This document shows, piece by piece, positions 34,568 through 47,755 of a stretch of DNA of 64,000 nt. Location of the stretch: contig NW_003314286.1 in the NCBI RefSeq assembly GCF_000143415.4, positions 697,766-761,765 on the forward strand, given 5' to 3'. How positions within the stretch are numbered: position 1 is the first letter of the stretch; each line of letters starts with the position of its first letter. The notes below the pieces were generated by a model. That model saw only the letters and a list, made by a program, of their open reading frames with translations. It had not been told where the DNA came from and did no database searches. Source of the stretch: Selaginella moellendorffii. Lineage: Eukaryota > Plantae > Lycopodiophyta. The position numbers were made by a program, and so were the translations under genes.

Positions 34568-35893
34568 TTAAAACTGGTCGCAAATTGAAGTGTCACCTTC
34601 AATCTTCTGTAGAGACCGATACTGAAGTCGTACGCTTTCATTGTTATCGAGAGTTTTCACAAGATACCTGCAAGGCACAGACACCTCTATTCACATGCCT
34701 AAGCAAAAGAGACACTAACCATCCATTTAAGCACTGTGTCGTAATAATCGCTTGCTTGCCAACAAACCTCTCTGGGGTTCTCTTATTTCCCTGAAAAACA
34801 CGGAGTGATATACTACGGAAAACAAAACAAGTACCAAACCTTGATCAAGACTTTGTCACTAACAACATAAGGAAACTGGACGCCCTTCGGACGTCCGGCA
34901 TCCACGGATTGATCGCCATCCTGTAGAAGAAGCGTCAAATGCCAGCTACAAACTCCATAAAAAAGCCTTACAGGATCTTTACCGGATCTCTTCTCCGCTT
35001 CGCTGCTGTTCCTTTGGGCACGACCCCAGACTTCGGAAAACCTCTGTCATGCCTGAAAGCCAGCACAGCCGCTCGCAATGCTGCACACAGAAAAACCTTG
35101 AAAGAAAATCACGAGAGAGTTGTTTTGCATCTTATACCCAAGTTTATGGATCCATCTGCAATACGAGTAGGCACTTGGCAAATCTGGCACAAGCTCTGCG
35201 AAGGGAAAGAACTAACTCAAGCCTGAAAATAGATAAGCCTACTCACAGTTTCTTGTATCTTTTGAATACCCCCGGATCCAAACGTGTGACCGCAGGGAAA
35301 TATAACGGCATCGTCCATTAGCTCGCCCCTGGAGGATCACTAGAAGGTATGACACCAAGAAAGAAAAATCAAACACCATACAAAACTTACGAGAATGGAT
35401 CCGAAAGTATTTGCTTGAGCGATTGCTCGGCGGTTTGCAGGATCTCGTTCTGGTGGTGTCCTCGAATGCAGCTCCCACCGGTGAGCAGCGACGTGTAGTA
35501 ATTGTTTAGAGCGTCACCTCCATCTTTGGTGGAGGCACCATTGTTGCTGATCCCAGCCGCATTGGCGGCCGGCGTGGACTGGCTAACACTAGCGCTACCG
35601 TGAGAGAAAGAATTCAAAAAGAGGAAAGAATTGGCACCGGCAGCGGCAGCCGACCCCGCCGTGCCCGATATTTCTTTCGATCTCTCCATTTTCTGCGAGC
35701 TAATGGCGGCTAACCTTGCCTGGAGCTGGGGCATGCGCCGGTGATTGCTGCTACCGGTGGCGGCGGATTCGTAAGCTGCGGCGGCCGCGGCAACGGCGGC
35801 GCCACGCCTGGGGTGCTGATCGACCAGCTCCTCCTCCTCCTCCTCATAATCATCGGATCCATCAGACGCCCCGCCGCTCTCGCCTACGCTCAT
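34568..35893 (-). CDS. PUB62: U-box domain protein, PUB62/63-like (multi-exon)
   Basis: LKQILSDPFS|GELMDDAVIFPCGHTFG, ALRAAV, and the C-terminal GVQFPYVVSDKVLIK|GNKRTPERFVGKQAIITTQCLNGW|YLVKTLDNNESVRLQYRSL. Confidence 0.88.
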
Positions 35894-37867
35894 GCTTCCC
35901 TCTTGCGCTCGCAAACCCTAAGTTTACATCTCTCCACACGCATGGGGCGCCTCGCCATTCCGCTTTCATGCCGCATCTGGATATTCCATTCCGGAAGAGC
36001 CACTTTAATACCCCTTTTCTCCCGTTTTCCAGACCTTGTTGGTCAAACATGGATCATAGTATATGCTAGGATATTCATATTTGCTTAATTTTCATTTAAA
36101 CATGTTTATAATTTTAGTTTAAACCAACTAAGTTACTTTCTTTTTCTGTCTAGCCCTAAAAGTTTTCCGGGTTTAAATACTTTCAAACCCTAAAACTCCT
36201 GGCAAGATTTGCAAGGGCCTTGCATTTGTCCACACAAGACCAGCTGTGACCGCCCTGGAACGGCATTTAAGACTGTCTTCTCATCATCTGCGCTTTGGTG
36301 TGCTTGGCTTGGCTTCCTCGCTTGAATGAAAACAAGAAAACCAACCCCAGAAGAGGCGACTTCAAAGAATAGGGAGTGGGAGTTCGGCCATTAAACGCAC
36401 ATCTCTTTCCTCCATCCCTTCGCGCGGTCTCTTTCCTCAATTTGATCCATCCCTCTCTCAAAATCAGTGATTTCTACTTGCTTTTCTTTTTGTTCTTCGT
36501 AGTTTCTTGGCTGGCGGATTCCATGGAAGTGCCCACCAGATGGACGGCCCAGATGTCCAGAATCCAATTGACTTTGTTTTGTTTCTTGTTCGATAGTGTT
36601 TGACGGATAGTATCACGTGAGACCGTCGGAGACAAACGAGAGAGATTCATGACCTTCAGATAAGCATCAATCGAATTATATAGATATCTCTCTCTCTCTC
36701 GCTTTACTTTTTTCTTTCTGGAAAGAACAGTGTTGTCAACGCGTTTAGCTTTTTTCTTTGGAGGCTTGCGTGAGCAAAGTCTTGCCTTGCGGAATGGGGC
36801 GATTTGATTGATTGTGATTTTGGAGTGGTGATCCACTAGAAAGATCCTAAGAGCAGCACACACACTTCTCGCTCGTCTCTTCGACTACTTAAAAGTTGAC
36901 CGTGGAAGAGAAGAATCTGCGAAGCCACACTAAAACGCACAGTGCCAGTGGCCTCCATCATTCTGGGAGGATTCCCTGGAGATTAGTCATAATCCTCGTC
37001 ATTGCTTTGACAGCCATTTGGATCCAAAGCTTGGATTCTAAGATTATTGTGGATGCTCTCCCCCAAAGTTTATAAGCAAGTGCTTCTATGCAACCTTCCC
37101 ACTCACAAGCTATAGTGAAAAAGCGAATAATTCAAAGAGACCACCAATGAATCATGGTCTCCCTGCCGGCCATTCCCGGCCGGAAGGGCGCCGTAAAAAT
37201 TCCGGACCAGAATGCTGGTGAGAAAACTACGTGGGGGTAAATTTCCCAGTAAAGCTCCCAAAGGAGAATAAAAATTAAGTAAAGGGAAATTTTACAGCGC
37301 TCTTCATTGTAGTGAACGAGGAAGAGAAGAGAGCGAGGGACGAGAGGCTAGGTCAAGGCGCGATAGCGAGTGCTTGCGCGAGCAAGGAGAGCGCGCGCGA
37401 GGCAGCAGGGGCAAGGAAGCGGCGGGGCTATGGCTGGCCGCTAGCGGCGCCACGAGGAACGAGTAAGCATTTCCATGGATCTAGTGCCCCGGGGGCGGCG
37501 CCCGTCGTCTTCGCGCCATCGGCATCGGCATCCACATTCCAGGGCGGAATTCCATGCTCCAGATCCCGCTTGGGTCCGCCGGCATTGGGCTTCGATCGCA
37601 GCGCTGCCCGCGGCAAGCAATCGGGCGTGACGATGTAGAACAGGGTTAGAACTCCGGGTTATTCGTGATCACTCTTCCTCTTCCTTTCTTTTCCTCCTCC
37701 CTTCTCGAAGATGCTACATAGTGGTGGTTCTTGGGCATCCTCTCAACATGTTGCTTCGATCTAGAAGGCCGGCCGTGTGGATCGACTGCTACCAGCTTCT
37801 TTGGCATTGGCAGGAGATTGTAAACTCTTGGAGGCGCTGCTACTACTATGCGATTCTGCTAATAAGC

Positions 37868-40517
37868 ATGGGAGCTCTTTGCTCGAAGGGGATAGGAATA
37901 TCATCGAGGCGGCGCTCCTCGTCGCTGGCCAGGGATCTCAATGCCCGCCAGCGCTCGCGAGAACAGGTGGTTTCTTACGTTGCCGACTCCGGGGAGCTCC
38001 GGATGGAGAGCAGCGACCTGGAAGAGGCTGACTCCTTGGAGAAGATGAAGCTGGGCTATAAGTTGGCGCAGGAACGGACGCTGGAGAGCACGAATTCTTT
38101 CGAGAGGATGAAGCTGTCGAGAGTGCTGTCCAGCAAAGCGAAGTCTGCCCGAACGAAGACGACGACGGTGGCCAAGAAGGGAGCTGCAAAGGTACGTTTT
38201 GTCTCGAATTGTTGCTTCTCTAAGAGAACATAAATCCAGGTGTCTGAAGTGGGACTGCTTTTGGGAAGAGCTGGAACTGCAAGCCTGGGAAAAGCCGTGG
38301 AGGCGCTTGACACTGTAGGGAGTAGCCTAACGACGATAGGCAGTGGTTTTGGAGGTGGTGTTGCTCCAAAGGGCAGCAAGATTGGAATTCTAGCGTTTGA
38401 AGTTGCCAACACCATCGTTCGAGGCTTCAGCTTGATGCACTCTTTGTCCGACGAAGACGTGAAAGTCCTCAAGGAAGAGATACTGCCTTCGGAAGGCGTG
38501 CAAAGGCTGATCTCCAGGGACATGGACGAGTTGTGGAGGATTGCAGCAGCGGATAAAAGGTACAAAAGAACCTCTATATTCTCTTGCTTTGCTAAAGTTT
38601 TGAGAAGCTTTCGTTGTTTGCAGGAACGATTTGAAGGTGTTTACGAGAGAGGTGGTACGTTTCGGTAACCACTGCCGTGATCCTAGATGGCATCAGCTTT
38701 GCCGAATTTTTGACAAGTATGTGTGTGAGTGCACAGAACGTTCCAAGTTTACGTTTTTTTTTTTTCCTCCTCTTTCTTAAGGCTGGGATCAGAAGTAACT
38801 ATACCCCGCCAATCGAAAGAGATTGCAGAAGCTGAGATGGAACATCTCATGATTATGGCACAACAAACAGCCGTGAGTGGTCTCCGCCTTTTCCTTTGTT
38901 TTCAGTTCCTTACACGAAAGCTTCTCTCAGGAACTTTATCACGAGTTGCATGCTCTAGACAGGTTTCATAATGATCTCAAGCGCAAGCTGCAGCAAGAGG
39001 AAGAGATGTACAGCAATTCTCAAAGAGGTACCACGCCATTCTTTTGTGTTAAAAAGAAGCTCCATTCAAGCCCGTGTGTTTCTTATCAGGAGAGAGCATT
39101 GCCATGCTCAAAGGCGATTTAAAAGCCCAGCAGAAACACGTAAAAAGTCTAAAGAAGAGATCTTTATGGTCAAAGATTCTCGAGGAGGTACGTAAGCTCT
39201 TGTGTCAAGTCTAAAGTGCTTACAAAATCGTCCAGGTAATGGAGAAGCTCGTGGACGTTGTTTATTTTCTACACCAACGGATTCATGACGTGTTTGGACC
39301 GGCTGGTTAGTTTTTCGCACTTTCTTTCGAAGAAACACGACTTTGTTGCCCTTTTTTTTATTTGACAGACGAAGATGCAAAGGTTTACGTCAAGGAAGGA
39401 ATATGTAGGCTTGGTCCTTCGGGCTTGGCACTACACTATGCCAACATCATCAATCAGATTGACAATCTGGTACGAGCAGATCCAAGATTTTTATTCTTAG
39501 CATTTTTTATTATGTGTAGGTGTCTCGTCCGAATTCTGTTCCTCCCAACACAAGGGACACATTGTACCAGGGATTGCCACCGAGCATTAAGGCAGCATTA
39601 AGGAGTAGACTCCAAATGCCTCGGAAAAACGAAGAGGTGCCTTTTTTTTTTCTCGTACTTTTCTTCACTCATGCTCCTCATCTGTGCTGTGATTTACAGA
39701 TGACTATTCCGCAAATAAAAGCTGAGATGGAAAAGATTTTGGACTGGCTGGCACCTGTGGCTCTGAACACCACAAGGTTAATTCATATGGTCAAGCTCGT
39801 GTGAACGCTAACCAGCCTCCTCTTTTTTATCAATCTCTAGAGCTCATCACGGATTTGGATGGGTTGGCGAATGGGCAAATTCTGGGTGAGTATTTCGTTG
39901 TTAGTTTCTTCTTCGTTTCTCAACTGTTCTTCATCTTCAGGTCCGTTCTAGATCGAAGACTCCCAGGACACACAGAACTGATACGCCTCCAAACACTCCA
40001 CCACGCCGAGCAATCGACGGCGGAGTTCTACATCCTGGAGCTCATTGTGTGGCTCAACGTCCTGGTGAGCTGCGCAAGGAACAGCATCAACGGACACAGG
40101 TCGCCTTTCAAGTCGCCAAACAGGTCCCCGGCGACGAAGAAATCTGACGAGGAGGCTTCCAAAGCAGCAGAAGAAGCTAACGCAATAGAATCAGCATCGA
40201 GAAAGTGTGGCCTCTCGCAGGAAGACCAGGAGATGCTCAAGGACGTTGTCCAAGCCAAGCGGCGAACGCCAGGAATCAGCAAGAGCCAAGAGTTCGACGC
40301 GACGAGCAGCAAGCCCAAGCTCTCCAAGAGGCTGAGCTTGAGCAACCGGCTAAGCAAGAGCAACAGCCACTCGCCTAGCGCGGCTCCCACGGCACAGTCG
40401 AGCTCTCCCAGGTACGCCAAGCGCCACCACCAGAGCGCCGCTCCTCCGCCGCTCGACCTCGACATCGATCGGATCAACGAGATCGACACTAGCAGCAGCA
40501 AGAGGAGTGGGAGCTGA
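37868..40517 (+). CDS. DUF3475/DUF668 protein (PSK SIMULATOR-like), multi-exon
   Basis: MGALCSK acylation-type N-terminus; KIGILAFEVANTI, LGPSGLALHYANII, RDTLYQGLP and LIRLQTLHHA; many short GT-AG introns. Confidence 0.92.
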
Positions 40518-40749
40518 AAAACTCTGGACAAAGCTCTACTGGAAAGTTTGGCGCAAGAGCAAAGTTTCCAACCGGGTTTATATGTGTTGTGTTTGCTAGA
40601 AACTAAATGAAAGAACCCTAGCTCTCGAGAAGAATGTGGCGCGTCCGCGAGGTCCAAAAAACGTTTCCCAGTGACAATGCTCAAAGGTATTTGCTCGCTA
40701 TCAATCCCACATTCTTGCCAGACTTTCTTTCCATGGCAGCTCGCCTGCA

Positions 40750-41982
40750 ATGGACGCATCCATCTGGGCGAATCTCTCGCTCGATTTCCAGCTCAAGCTT
40801 CTCGATCACTTGCCTCTCCGGGCTCTCTTTCGCGCCAAGATCGTCTCCAAATCCTGGCGCCAGGCCGTGCTCTCACTCTGGGAGACAAAGTTTTACTACG
40901 TCCACGGCAACAAGATCGCCAGCCCCGGGGAGAAGTGCTGGAGCCCTCTTCCGCTGGATTACCTTCCAAACTACCTGGAAGAGCTCCCCCGGGCCGATGT
41001 GTGGCCGGCAGCATCGATGGGCTTGCTCCTGGTGGAAACCAGGCAAGCGCTGATCGTCACCAATCCCCTCACTCGCCGCTGGACTCGACTTCCACGCCTG
41101 CTCTGTGACCCGGGCTCGTACACTTGTATCATCAGCTTTCAGGCGTTCCCAGGCTCGAGCTTCCGGGTGGTCTGTGCCGCGTCCGAGTGCCTTCACGTCT
41201 ACACCACCTTGCAGCTCCTCGTGTACCATCATCGCTGTGGTGCGGCGGTAGCAGCGCCCTGGGAGGGGCGGGAAGTGGACATTGGAGATGGCCAGGTGCT
41301 CGCATCCAATCCAGAGCTTGGGCTATGCAGCGATGGAAGCAACGTTTTCTTCGTCACCTGGACGAGGTTGGCATCCGCCACGGAGGAGTTCTCGCTCAAG
41401 TCTGTCAACTTCGTTGGTCGTGGCTCAGCGGCGAGGACTGTGGCGAGATGGAAGACCCTGCCCCCGGGATTCATTGTCCTTGACAAGTTCGTCTACCTCC
41501 CAGTTGTCTGTGGTGGACGAATCCTCCTCCCGTGCATGCAAACGGGCAGCGGTGGCGATGGAGTGATGGTAACCCCGGCTTTGCTGCTCCTGGACGAGAG
41601 ACTGGAGCAGTGGCAGCCCTTTGTGGCAATGCCGCTGGATGATCTGGGGCTGGTTCCTCGGGAGCTCGTTCCAAGGATGACGTCGGTGTGGTGTATTCGC
41701 GCGCGAGCCTGCGAGGAGGAGGTGGTCCTCAGTCTTCTCGGGCTTGATTTCCAGTGCGTCTACAGGATCTCGAGCCGGACATGGTCGCCACTGCCGCTGG
41801 AGGGGGGGAGCGTCTGCATTGGCACTATACCCTTCAAGTTCTCGTTGCTCGGCACAGTCCCAGGTTTTGTGCGCTCCGTTTCATTTCTTCTCGTCAGGAA
41901 CCATTTTGTTTTTCTTTGCAGGTGTCTCGCTGAGGCTAAGATTTGCTGCTCACTAGCAAACTACGATATACTAGCATTGTAG
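40750..41982 (+). CDS. F-box protein
   Basis: N-terminal F-box IWANLSLDFQLKLLDHLPLRALFRAKIVSKSW and GLLL..IVTNPLTRRW. A short 3' intron near 41865-41921 is likely, so the end is uncertain. Confidence 0.85.
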   Translation: MDASIWANLSLDFQLKLLDHLPLRALFRAKIVSKSWRQAVLSLWETKFYYVHGNKIASPGEKCWSPLPLDYLPNYLEELPRADVWPAASMGLLLVETRQALIVTNPLTRRWTRLPRLLCDPGSYTCIISFQAFPGSSFRVVCAASECLHVYTTLQLLVYHHRCGAAVAAPWEGREVDIGDGQVLASNPELGLCSDGSNVFFVTWTRLASATEEFSLKSVNFVGRGSAARTVARWKTLPPGFIVLDKFVYLPVVCGGRILLPCMQTGSGGDGVMVTPALLLLDERLEQWQPFVAMPLDDLGLVPRELVPRMTSVWCIRARACEEEVVLSLLGLDFQCVYRISSRTWSPLPLEGGSVCIGTIPFKFSLLGTVPGFVRSVSFLLVRNHFVFLCRCLAEAKICCSLANYDILAL

Positions 41983-42654
41983 AGATGTTCAGCTCCTTCA
42001 CGTAAGTTTCATTTCCTGAAACGGAAACAGTGAGACTCTTTTGGTCGATAGATGGATGATACACGGTTTCCAAAGCTTTATCTTTTCCACCCTTTGAACA
42101 CAGTCTTTTATTCATTGCTCTTCGTGCATATATGACTGCTCATCTGTTTTTCATGAACCGGACTCTCTTACAAATGCTGTGTGACGATAATTGCAAGCCA
42201 TGCAGTCTGTACAGCCTTTTTCACTTATATAAGTGGGATGGAACCAGGCGAAGCTAGACATCCTGTGGAGCTCATCTCTTGGAGCTCCAGCAGTCATAGC
42301 CACGGAAAGTAACCCCCTGGGTGGTGGACCAAGCTGAGATCTGGAACCTCGATGGCTGTCACCTGGTGAGATCCATCCATTTCCTTGATAGAGACAATAA
42401 ACCATCTGCGCCTTTTCTTGCACTCGCTCGCTCTCCTTGTCGTTGTAAACATCCTTGCCAAACTTCTCATCGCAGCATGGAGACAAGTGCTTGTAGCCAG
42501 CAGCAGCTATCCTGTGAAGAAGGTAAGTGGCAGCCGAGAAGCAGTAAATCAGGATCAATGGATATGGCGATTGGTAAGCCTCAAGGTTCAAATGAGAATG
42601 TTTTGATTCTCGCTTCTATCCAGTTCTTGTCCGAAACCAGCCTCCTCTTTCTGT

Positions 42655-43012
42655 AGAGCTCATCACGGAATTGATACGCCTCCACGCCGAGCAATCGACC
42701 ACGGAGTTCTACAACCTGGAGCTCATTGTGTGGCTCAACGTCCTAGCGCAAGAAACAGCATCAACGGACAGACGAAGAAATCTGATGAGAAGGCTTCCAA
42801 AGCAGCAGCAGCAGCAACTAACGCAGTAGAATCAGCATCGACCAAGCCAAGCGGAGGACGTCAGGAATCAGCAAGAGCCAAGAGTTTGACGCGACGAAGC
42901 TCTCCCCGGCTAAGCAAGAGCAATAGCGCGGCTCCAAGGCACAGTCGAGCTCTCCCAGAAACGCCAAGCCTCGCCACTTGAGCGCCGCTCCTCCACTGCT
43001 GGACCTCGACAT
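42655..43012 (+). pseudogene. Degenerate duplicate of the last exons of the DUF668 gene
   Basis: Colinear with 39840-40465 but has many internal deletions. Confidence 0.8.
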
Positions 43013-43225
43013 CGAGAGAGCGATTTGTTTGCGCAGGTGGAATATGCTGGCATCCAACGGCTGGGATCTCCTGATAAATCCTAGCTCTGCGAGGAGAATG
43101 GAGCGCGCAATGTGGGATCGCTGTGATCGCTGCCGTCGCGATCCCACATTATCGATCCCAGCGATCACAGCGATTATCGATCCCACATTCTTCCCGGATT
43201 TTCTTTCCATCACAGCTCTCCTCCA

Positions 43226-44277
43226 ATGGACGCATCCATCTGGGCGAATCTCCCGCGCCATCTCCAGCTCGAGCTTCTCTCTTCGACTGGATTACCTTCC
43301 AAACTTCCCGGAAGAGCTCCTGGACGTGTGGGCGGCGTCGTCGACGGGCTTGCTCCTAGTGGAGACCACGCGAGCGCAGCTCATCGTCACCAATCCCCTC
43401 ACTCGCCGCTGGGCTCGACTGCCACCGCTGGACTCGTCCGATAGATATTGCGCTTCTATCGCCAGTTTCCAGGCGTTCCCAGACTCGAGCTTGCGGGTGG
43501 TCTATGCCTCGAGTATGTCGTTCGCCTTGAACGACTTGAAACTCCATGTCTACGATCATCGCTGTGGTACGGAAGTAGCGGCGGCCTGGGAGAGCTGGGA
43601 AGTGGACATTGGAGCTGGCAACGTTCCCCAAGCTCGGGTTTTGCAGCGACGAAAGCAACGTTTTTTTCATCACCAGGACGAGTTCAGCGGAGGAGGACTA
43701 CTCGCTCAAGTCTGTCACCTTCCTTGATCGGGGCTCGGGGGTGAGGATTCTGGCGCGATGGAAGAGCCTACCGCCGGGATTCTCTGTCAGTGAGAAGCCC
43801 ACCTTCTTCCCAACCGAGATGCATCCCCTACCGGTTATCTGCGGTCGACGAATCCTCCTCCCGTGCCTGCAAAAGAGCATCTGTGGTGGCGATGGAGGAA
43901 TGTTGACCCCGGCTTTGCTGCGCCTGGACGAGCGGCTGGAGCAGTGGCAGCCCTTTGCAGCAGTGCCGCTGGATGTGATTCCCCGGGAGATCGTTCGAAG
44001 GATGGCGTGGGAGGAGTGTATTCGTGCGGTGGCCTGCGAGGACGACGAGGTAGTCCTCGGTCTCCTCGACGTTGGTTTCCAGTGCGTCTACAGGATCTCG
44101 AGCCAGACTTGGTCGCCACTGCCGCTGCCGGACTCCAAGCAGAGGTCCATCGGCACTGTGCCGTTCAAGTTCTCGTTGCTCGGCGGAGTGCCAGGTTTTT
44201 GTGCGCCATCCTTTCCATTTCTTCTTGTCATTAACCGTTTTTCTGTGCAGGTGACTCGGCCGAGGCTGCGGAAGTAA
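43226..44277 (+). pseudogene. F-box paralog, frameshifted
   Basis: MDASIWANLPRHLQLELL is followed by a deletion; the remaining coding sequence is split over three frames and is homologous to 40750-41982. Confidence 0.85.
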
Positions 44278-46228
44278 GGCTTGTGTAAGGTAAAGATCGA
44301 TAGTTTACTGTTTCTTCGGGAACCGCTACTTCAGAGAACTCTGAGCGTAGAATTACAAGGAATAGAAAAAGATCGCTTGCTCGAAGTCCAAGCCCCAGTG
44401 TTGAGCCCCTGTTTCTTTTCTTCGTTCTTCCGTTCGCGTGGATCACTGGCTGACTCGTCCATCCCGCTCTCCAGGTTCTCTGCTACGTCGTGGTGGCGGA
44501 ATTCAGGCTCTGATTAGAGGATCTAAACTCCGAGACCTTCGGAGTGTTCAAGGTTTGTGGTGACGAGCTTGCCGCTGATGGTGGAACCTCTGGCAAGCCA
44601 CTACCTAGACTCGAGCTCGAATGGATCCAAGCTGGGTATCATCAGGGGTTAATTACTGATCGATCAAGGTCGTGAACAGAGCCGGTGGCGATCGCGGCGC
44701 TCCAATCAGCTTTGGGATTGGAAGCGTGTTTGCAAACTATGGACATACATTTTGCAAGAGAAACTCGATAATTACTATTGATCAATGGCAATTGAACAAG
44801 ACCTTGTAGTACGTAAGGTCACTTTTACAAACCTCAAAGTTCTTTTGATAGTTTCCAAAGCCTTGCTACTTTTTCTTCACGAGAATTAAATCAACCGCTT
44901 CCCCTCCCTCGACATCGATCGGATCAACAAGATTGACACTAGTAGTTTACTGTTTCCTCGGGAGCCGCTACTTCAGAGAACTAGGAGAGTAGCATTACGG
45001 GGAATAGAAAAGGATTGTTGGCGTGGACTCGTGTCTCCACAGAGCTTGAGTTCGTTCGCGTGGATCACTGGCTGACTCGTCCATCCCGCGCTGGAGCTCC
45101 AGATTCTCTGCTATGTCGCAGTGGCGGAATTCAGGGCCTTGGATTAATCGACTAATGGAAGAAGATCTAAACCCCAAGACGTTCTTGGTGTTCATCTTTT
45201 GCAAGCTCATGTAACCTGTGCCAATCTGTAGAGCTCATGACGGGTTTGGCGTCCTGCGAGAGGCCACAGTTTCCCGACACTGAAAAGAAGAAACTGACGA
45301 CGAAATGCTCAGCGGAGAACGCAATCAGAAAGTTGATCCCTCTAATGGCGGCCAACTTGTTTGTGATGGACGAATCGCATGCAAACGAGCGGCGGCGATG
45401 GAGGAGTGATGACTCCGGCTTTGCTCTTCCTGGTCGAGAGGCTGGAGCTATGGCAGCCCTTTGTGGCACTTGGTTCCTCGGAAGATTGTTCCAAGGATTG
45501 CAATCGAGCTGGATGTTAGTGCGTGGGCCTCCTGACTCTCCTCGAGCTTGACTTCCAGTATCTCCAGCTGGACATGGTCGCCACTGCCGCTGCTGGAATC
45601 CGAGCCGAGCAGTGGGAGCCCAGCTGCCCTTCAAGTTCACGTTGGTGCCAGGTTTGTGTATTTCTTTTCTTCGTGTGAGGAATCACTTCCTTTTTTGTGT
45701 TTTTCTTTCCAGGTATCTCGGTCAAGGCTGCTACAAAAGTAAGATATGCTGTTCTCTAGCAAAAACTACGATCTACTAGCAGTAGTGTGGAGAACTCCAT
45801 CGCGTAAGTTTTCATATCATGCGAGAGACTCTTTCCAAAACCAAGCGCTACCTCCAAAGAATTCCCCCCGACTCGCACGTCCAGTCAAGCTTCCTCCAAA
45901 GCTTGAGACTCAGTCACCCGATCGAGCCTCAATTTGCTCTTCCCTGATTCGTCTTTGTAAAGAGTCTCTATCTTTGTTTTCTAAGGGAAGATTTCGTACA
46001 GAAAAGAGAGAATCTCCATCCATGGATTGATTCTGGGGGATCAATCCGTACCGCCATCTGGTGCTGGATTGTGGGTCTCATTTCTTTATTGCTATAGCAA
46101 GCGGCTCTGTTCCCTAAACCCATTCCTAACCCTAAAACAGCGCACAAGCAAAGCTGAAGATGCTTTACTGGAACCGTAATACTTGAACAAGTGGATTTCC
46201 TGCCATAGCCATAGCGCAGTTCTAAGTG

Positions 46229-47755
46229 ATGGCAAGTGTTGAAGAGGTCAGGAACAGCTACAACTTTGCACAGGCTGGACTAAGCACTTTGGCTGCTGCA
46301 GCGAGTGTAGCGTTATGCCTGGCGAGGGGAAGGCTGGATTCAGAGATGGGCTTGGCAGATTTGTTCGGTACAACAAGGTTGAGGGTTCAGAACAATCACG
46401 GAGCTCTGATTTCCCATGTGGGCGACAATGGCACCATTGTAGGAGTAAACGTGCACGGACAGAATCCTAACACTGTGCATTGGGTTGCACATAACACTTG
46501 GGTTCTTGGCAGCTGTTGCGTTCTGGTCCCGCTTTGGAGCAAGTATGAAGCAAATTCAGCTGATGGCTGCACTTGTTGGCACATTCCAAGCATTACTTCC
46601 AAAGGCACTGGGAGAGATCCTACCCCTATCGTCAATGGAGCAGCAGCTGTTGCATCAGATCCACAATGTTCCTACATGCCCTCCTACCAGTGTGACGTTC
46701 ATGGAAAGGGAATGATGCGGGATCTGCACGCCAGAGTAATACGAGACACTTTAGGAGGCTTGGCTTTGAATTCTATGATGATGGAAGGGCCGAGCCAGCT
46801 CTACCAATGGATGCTCGACGAAGACCAGCAGTGCACGTACTTGTTTGGGGTTGACAAGCTTGGTGCTAGTGCTCTTGCCAGAATGGTAGCGGAGAGCTTG
46901 GCCACGTTGGATTCCAGCCAGAAAGGAAGAACATCAGATTTGGTGGACTGGAGCCTGGGCAAGGTGCAACTCTCTGACAAACCCCTCCAATGGTTTGGGA
47001 ACGCGGCAACTGTGGTTTTGGTAGCCATGACAGAGTTGACCTTGATATTGCTCTTGTCGTTAGTGTTTGGGTTGGATCCTTTCGTGTCATGCCTGGGAGC
47101 TAGAAGAGGAGTCAGATCACTTCGGCTGGGCAGCAACGGTGTCACACAGTTTGCGGACTTATGGCTTTGGAAGGTCCAGGGCCGAGAAATCCACGATGTT
47201 AACGGCCAGAAAAGCTCCATACTGGTGGTGAGGCCGAGACGAGACCTGAAGCTCTACTATGTGGATTGCGCGTTTAAGATCGCCGGTTTGCTCATAGCAG
47301 CAGCATTTTGGATGCTCACAGTGTTTGGGATAGTCCATCCTTTAGGTCTGAAGAGGGATTCTGCATGGGGAAGTGTAGGAATATGGACAGCTTATGTAGT
47401 GCTGGTGGGGAATGTAGTAGGAGTAGTGTCTTCAGGATTGCCATTGCGGTTGAAAGATCAGAGCCGTGATCCTGGGTATGTAATGCTGGGTTATAGCTTA
47501 ATGCAGTGCCTGGTAGAACTTGTGGTGACTAGTTTGAGGCTTGTGCCGAGGCTGGGTGATTCCAAGTGGTTGGTGAGGTGTTGGTATATAGTGTTGGAGA
47601 TTGGCATTTGGGTTGAGTGGTGTGCAGCCAAGAGGAGCTTGTGTACTGGGCCTCAGTCATCAGCACCTATTGCATGGGAGCTCACTGTGCTTCAAGCTGG
47701 AGCTCTCGCTAGAGCTGCATTCCTTGCTGCAGTTAGTAGCAAATGGACCAACTAA
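46229..47755 (+). CDS. Unknown intronless multi-pass membrane protein, copy A
   Basis: ~508-aa open frame with several hydrophobic segments; frame conserved with the paralog at 52322. Confidence 0.8.
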   Translation: MASVEEVRNSYNFAQAGLSTLAAAASVALCLARGRLDSEMGLADLFGTTRLRVQNNHGALISHVGDNGTIVGVNVHGQNPNTVHWVAHNTWVLGSCCVLVPLWSKYEANSADGCTCWHIPSITSKGTGRDPTPIVNGAAAVASDPQCSYMPSYQCDVHGKGMMRDLHARVIRDTLGGLALNSMMMEGPSQLYQWMLDEDQQCTYLFGVDKLGASALARMVAESLATLDSSQKGRTSDLVDWSLGKVQLSDKPLQWFGNAATVVLVAMTELTLILLLSLVFGLDPFVSCLGARRGVRSLRLGSNGVTQFADLWLWKVQGREIHDVNGQKSSILVVRPRRDLKLYYVDCAFKIAGLLIAAAFWMLTVFGIVHPLGLKRDSAWGSVGIWTAYVVLVGNVVGVVSSGLPLRLKDQSRDPGYVMLGYSLMQCLVELVVTSLRLVPRLGDSKWLVRCWYIVLEIGIWVEWCAAKRSLCTGPQSSAPIAWELTVLQAGALARAAFLAAVSSKWTN

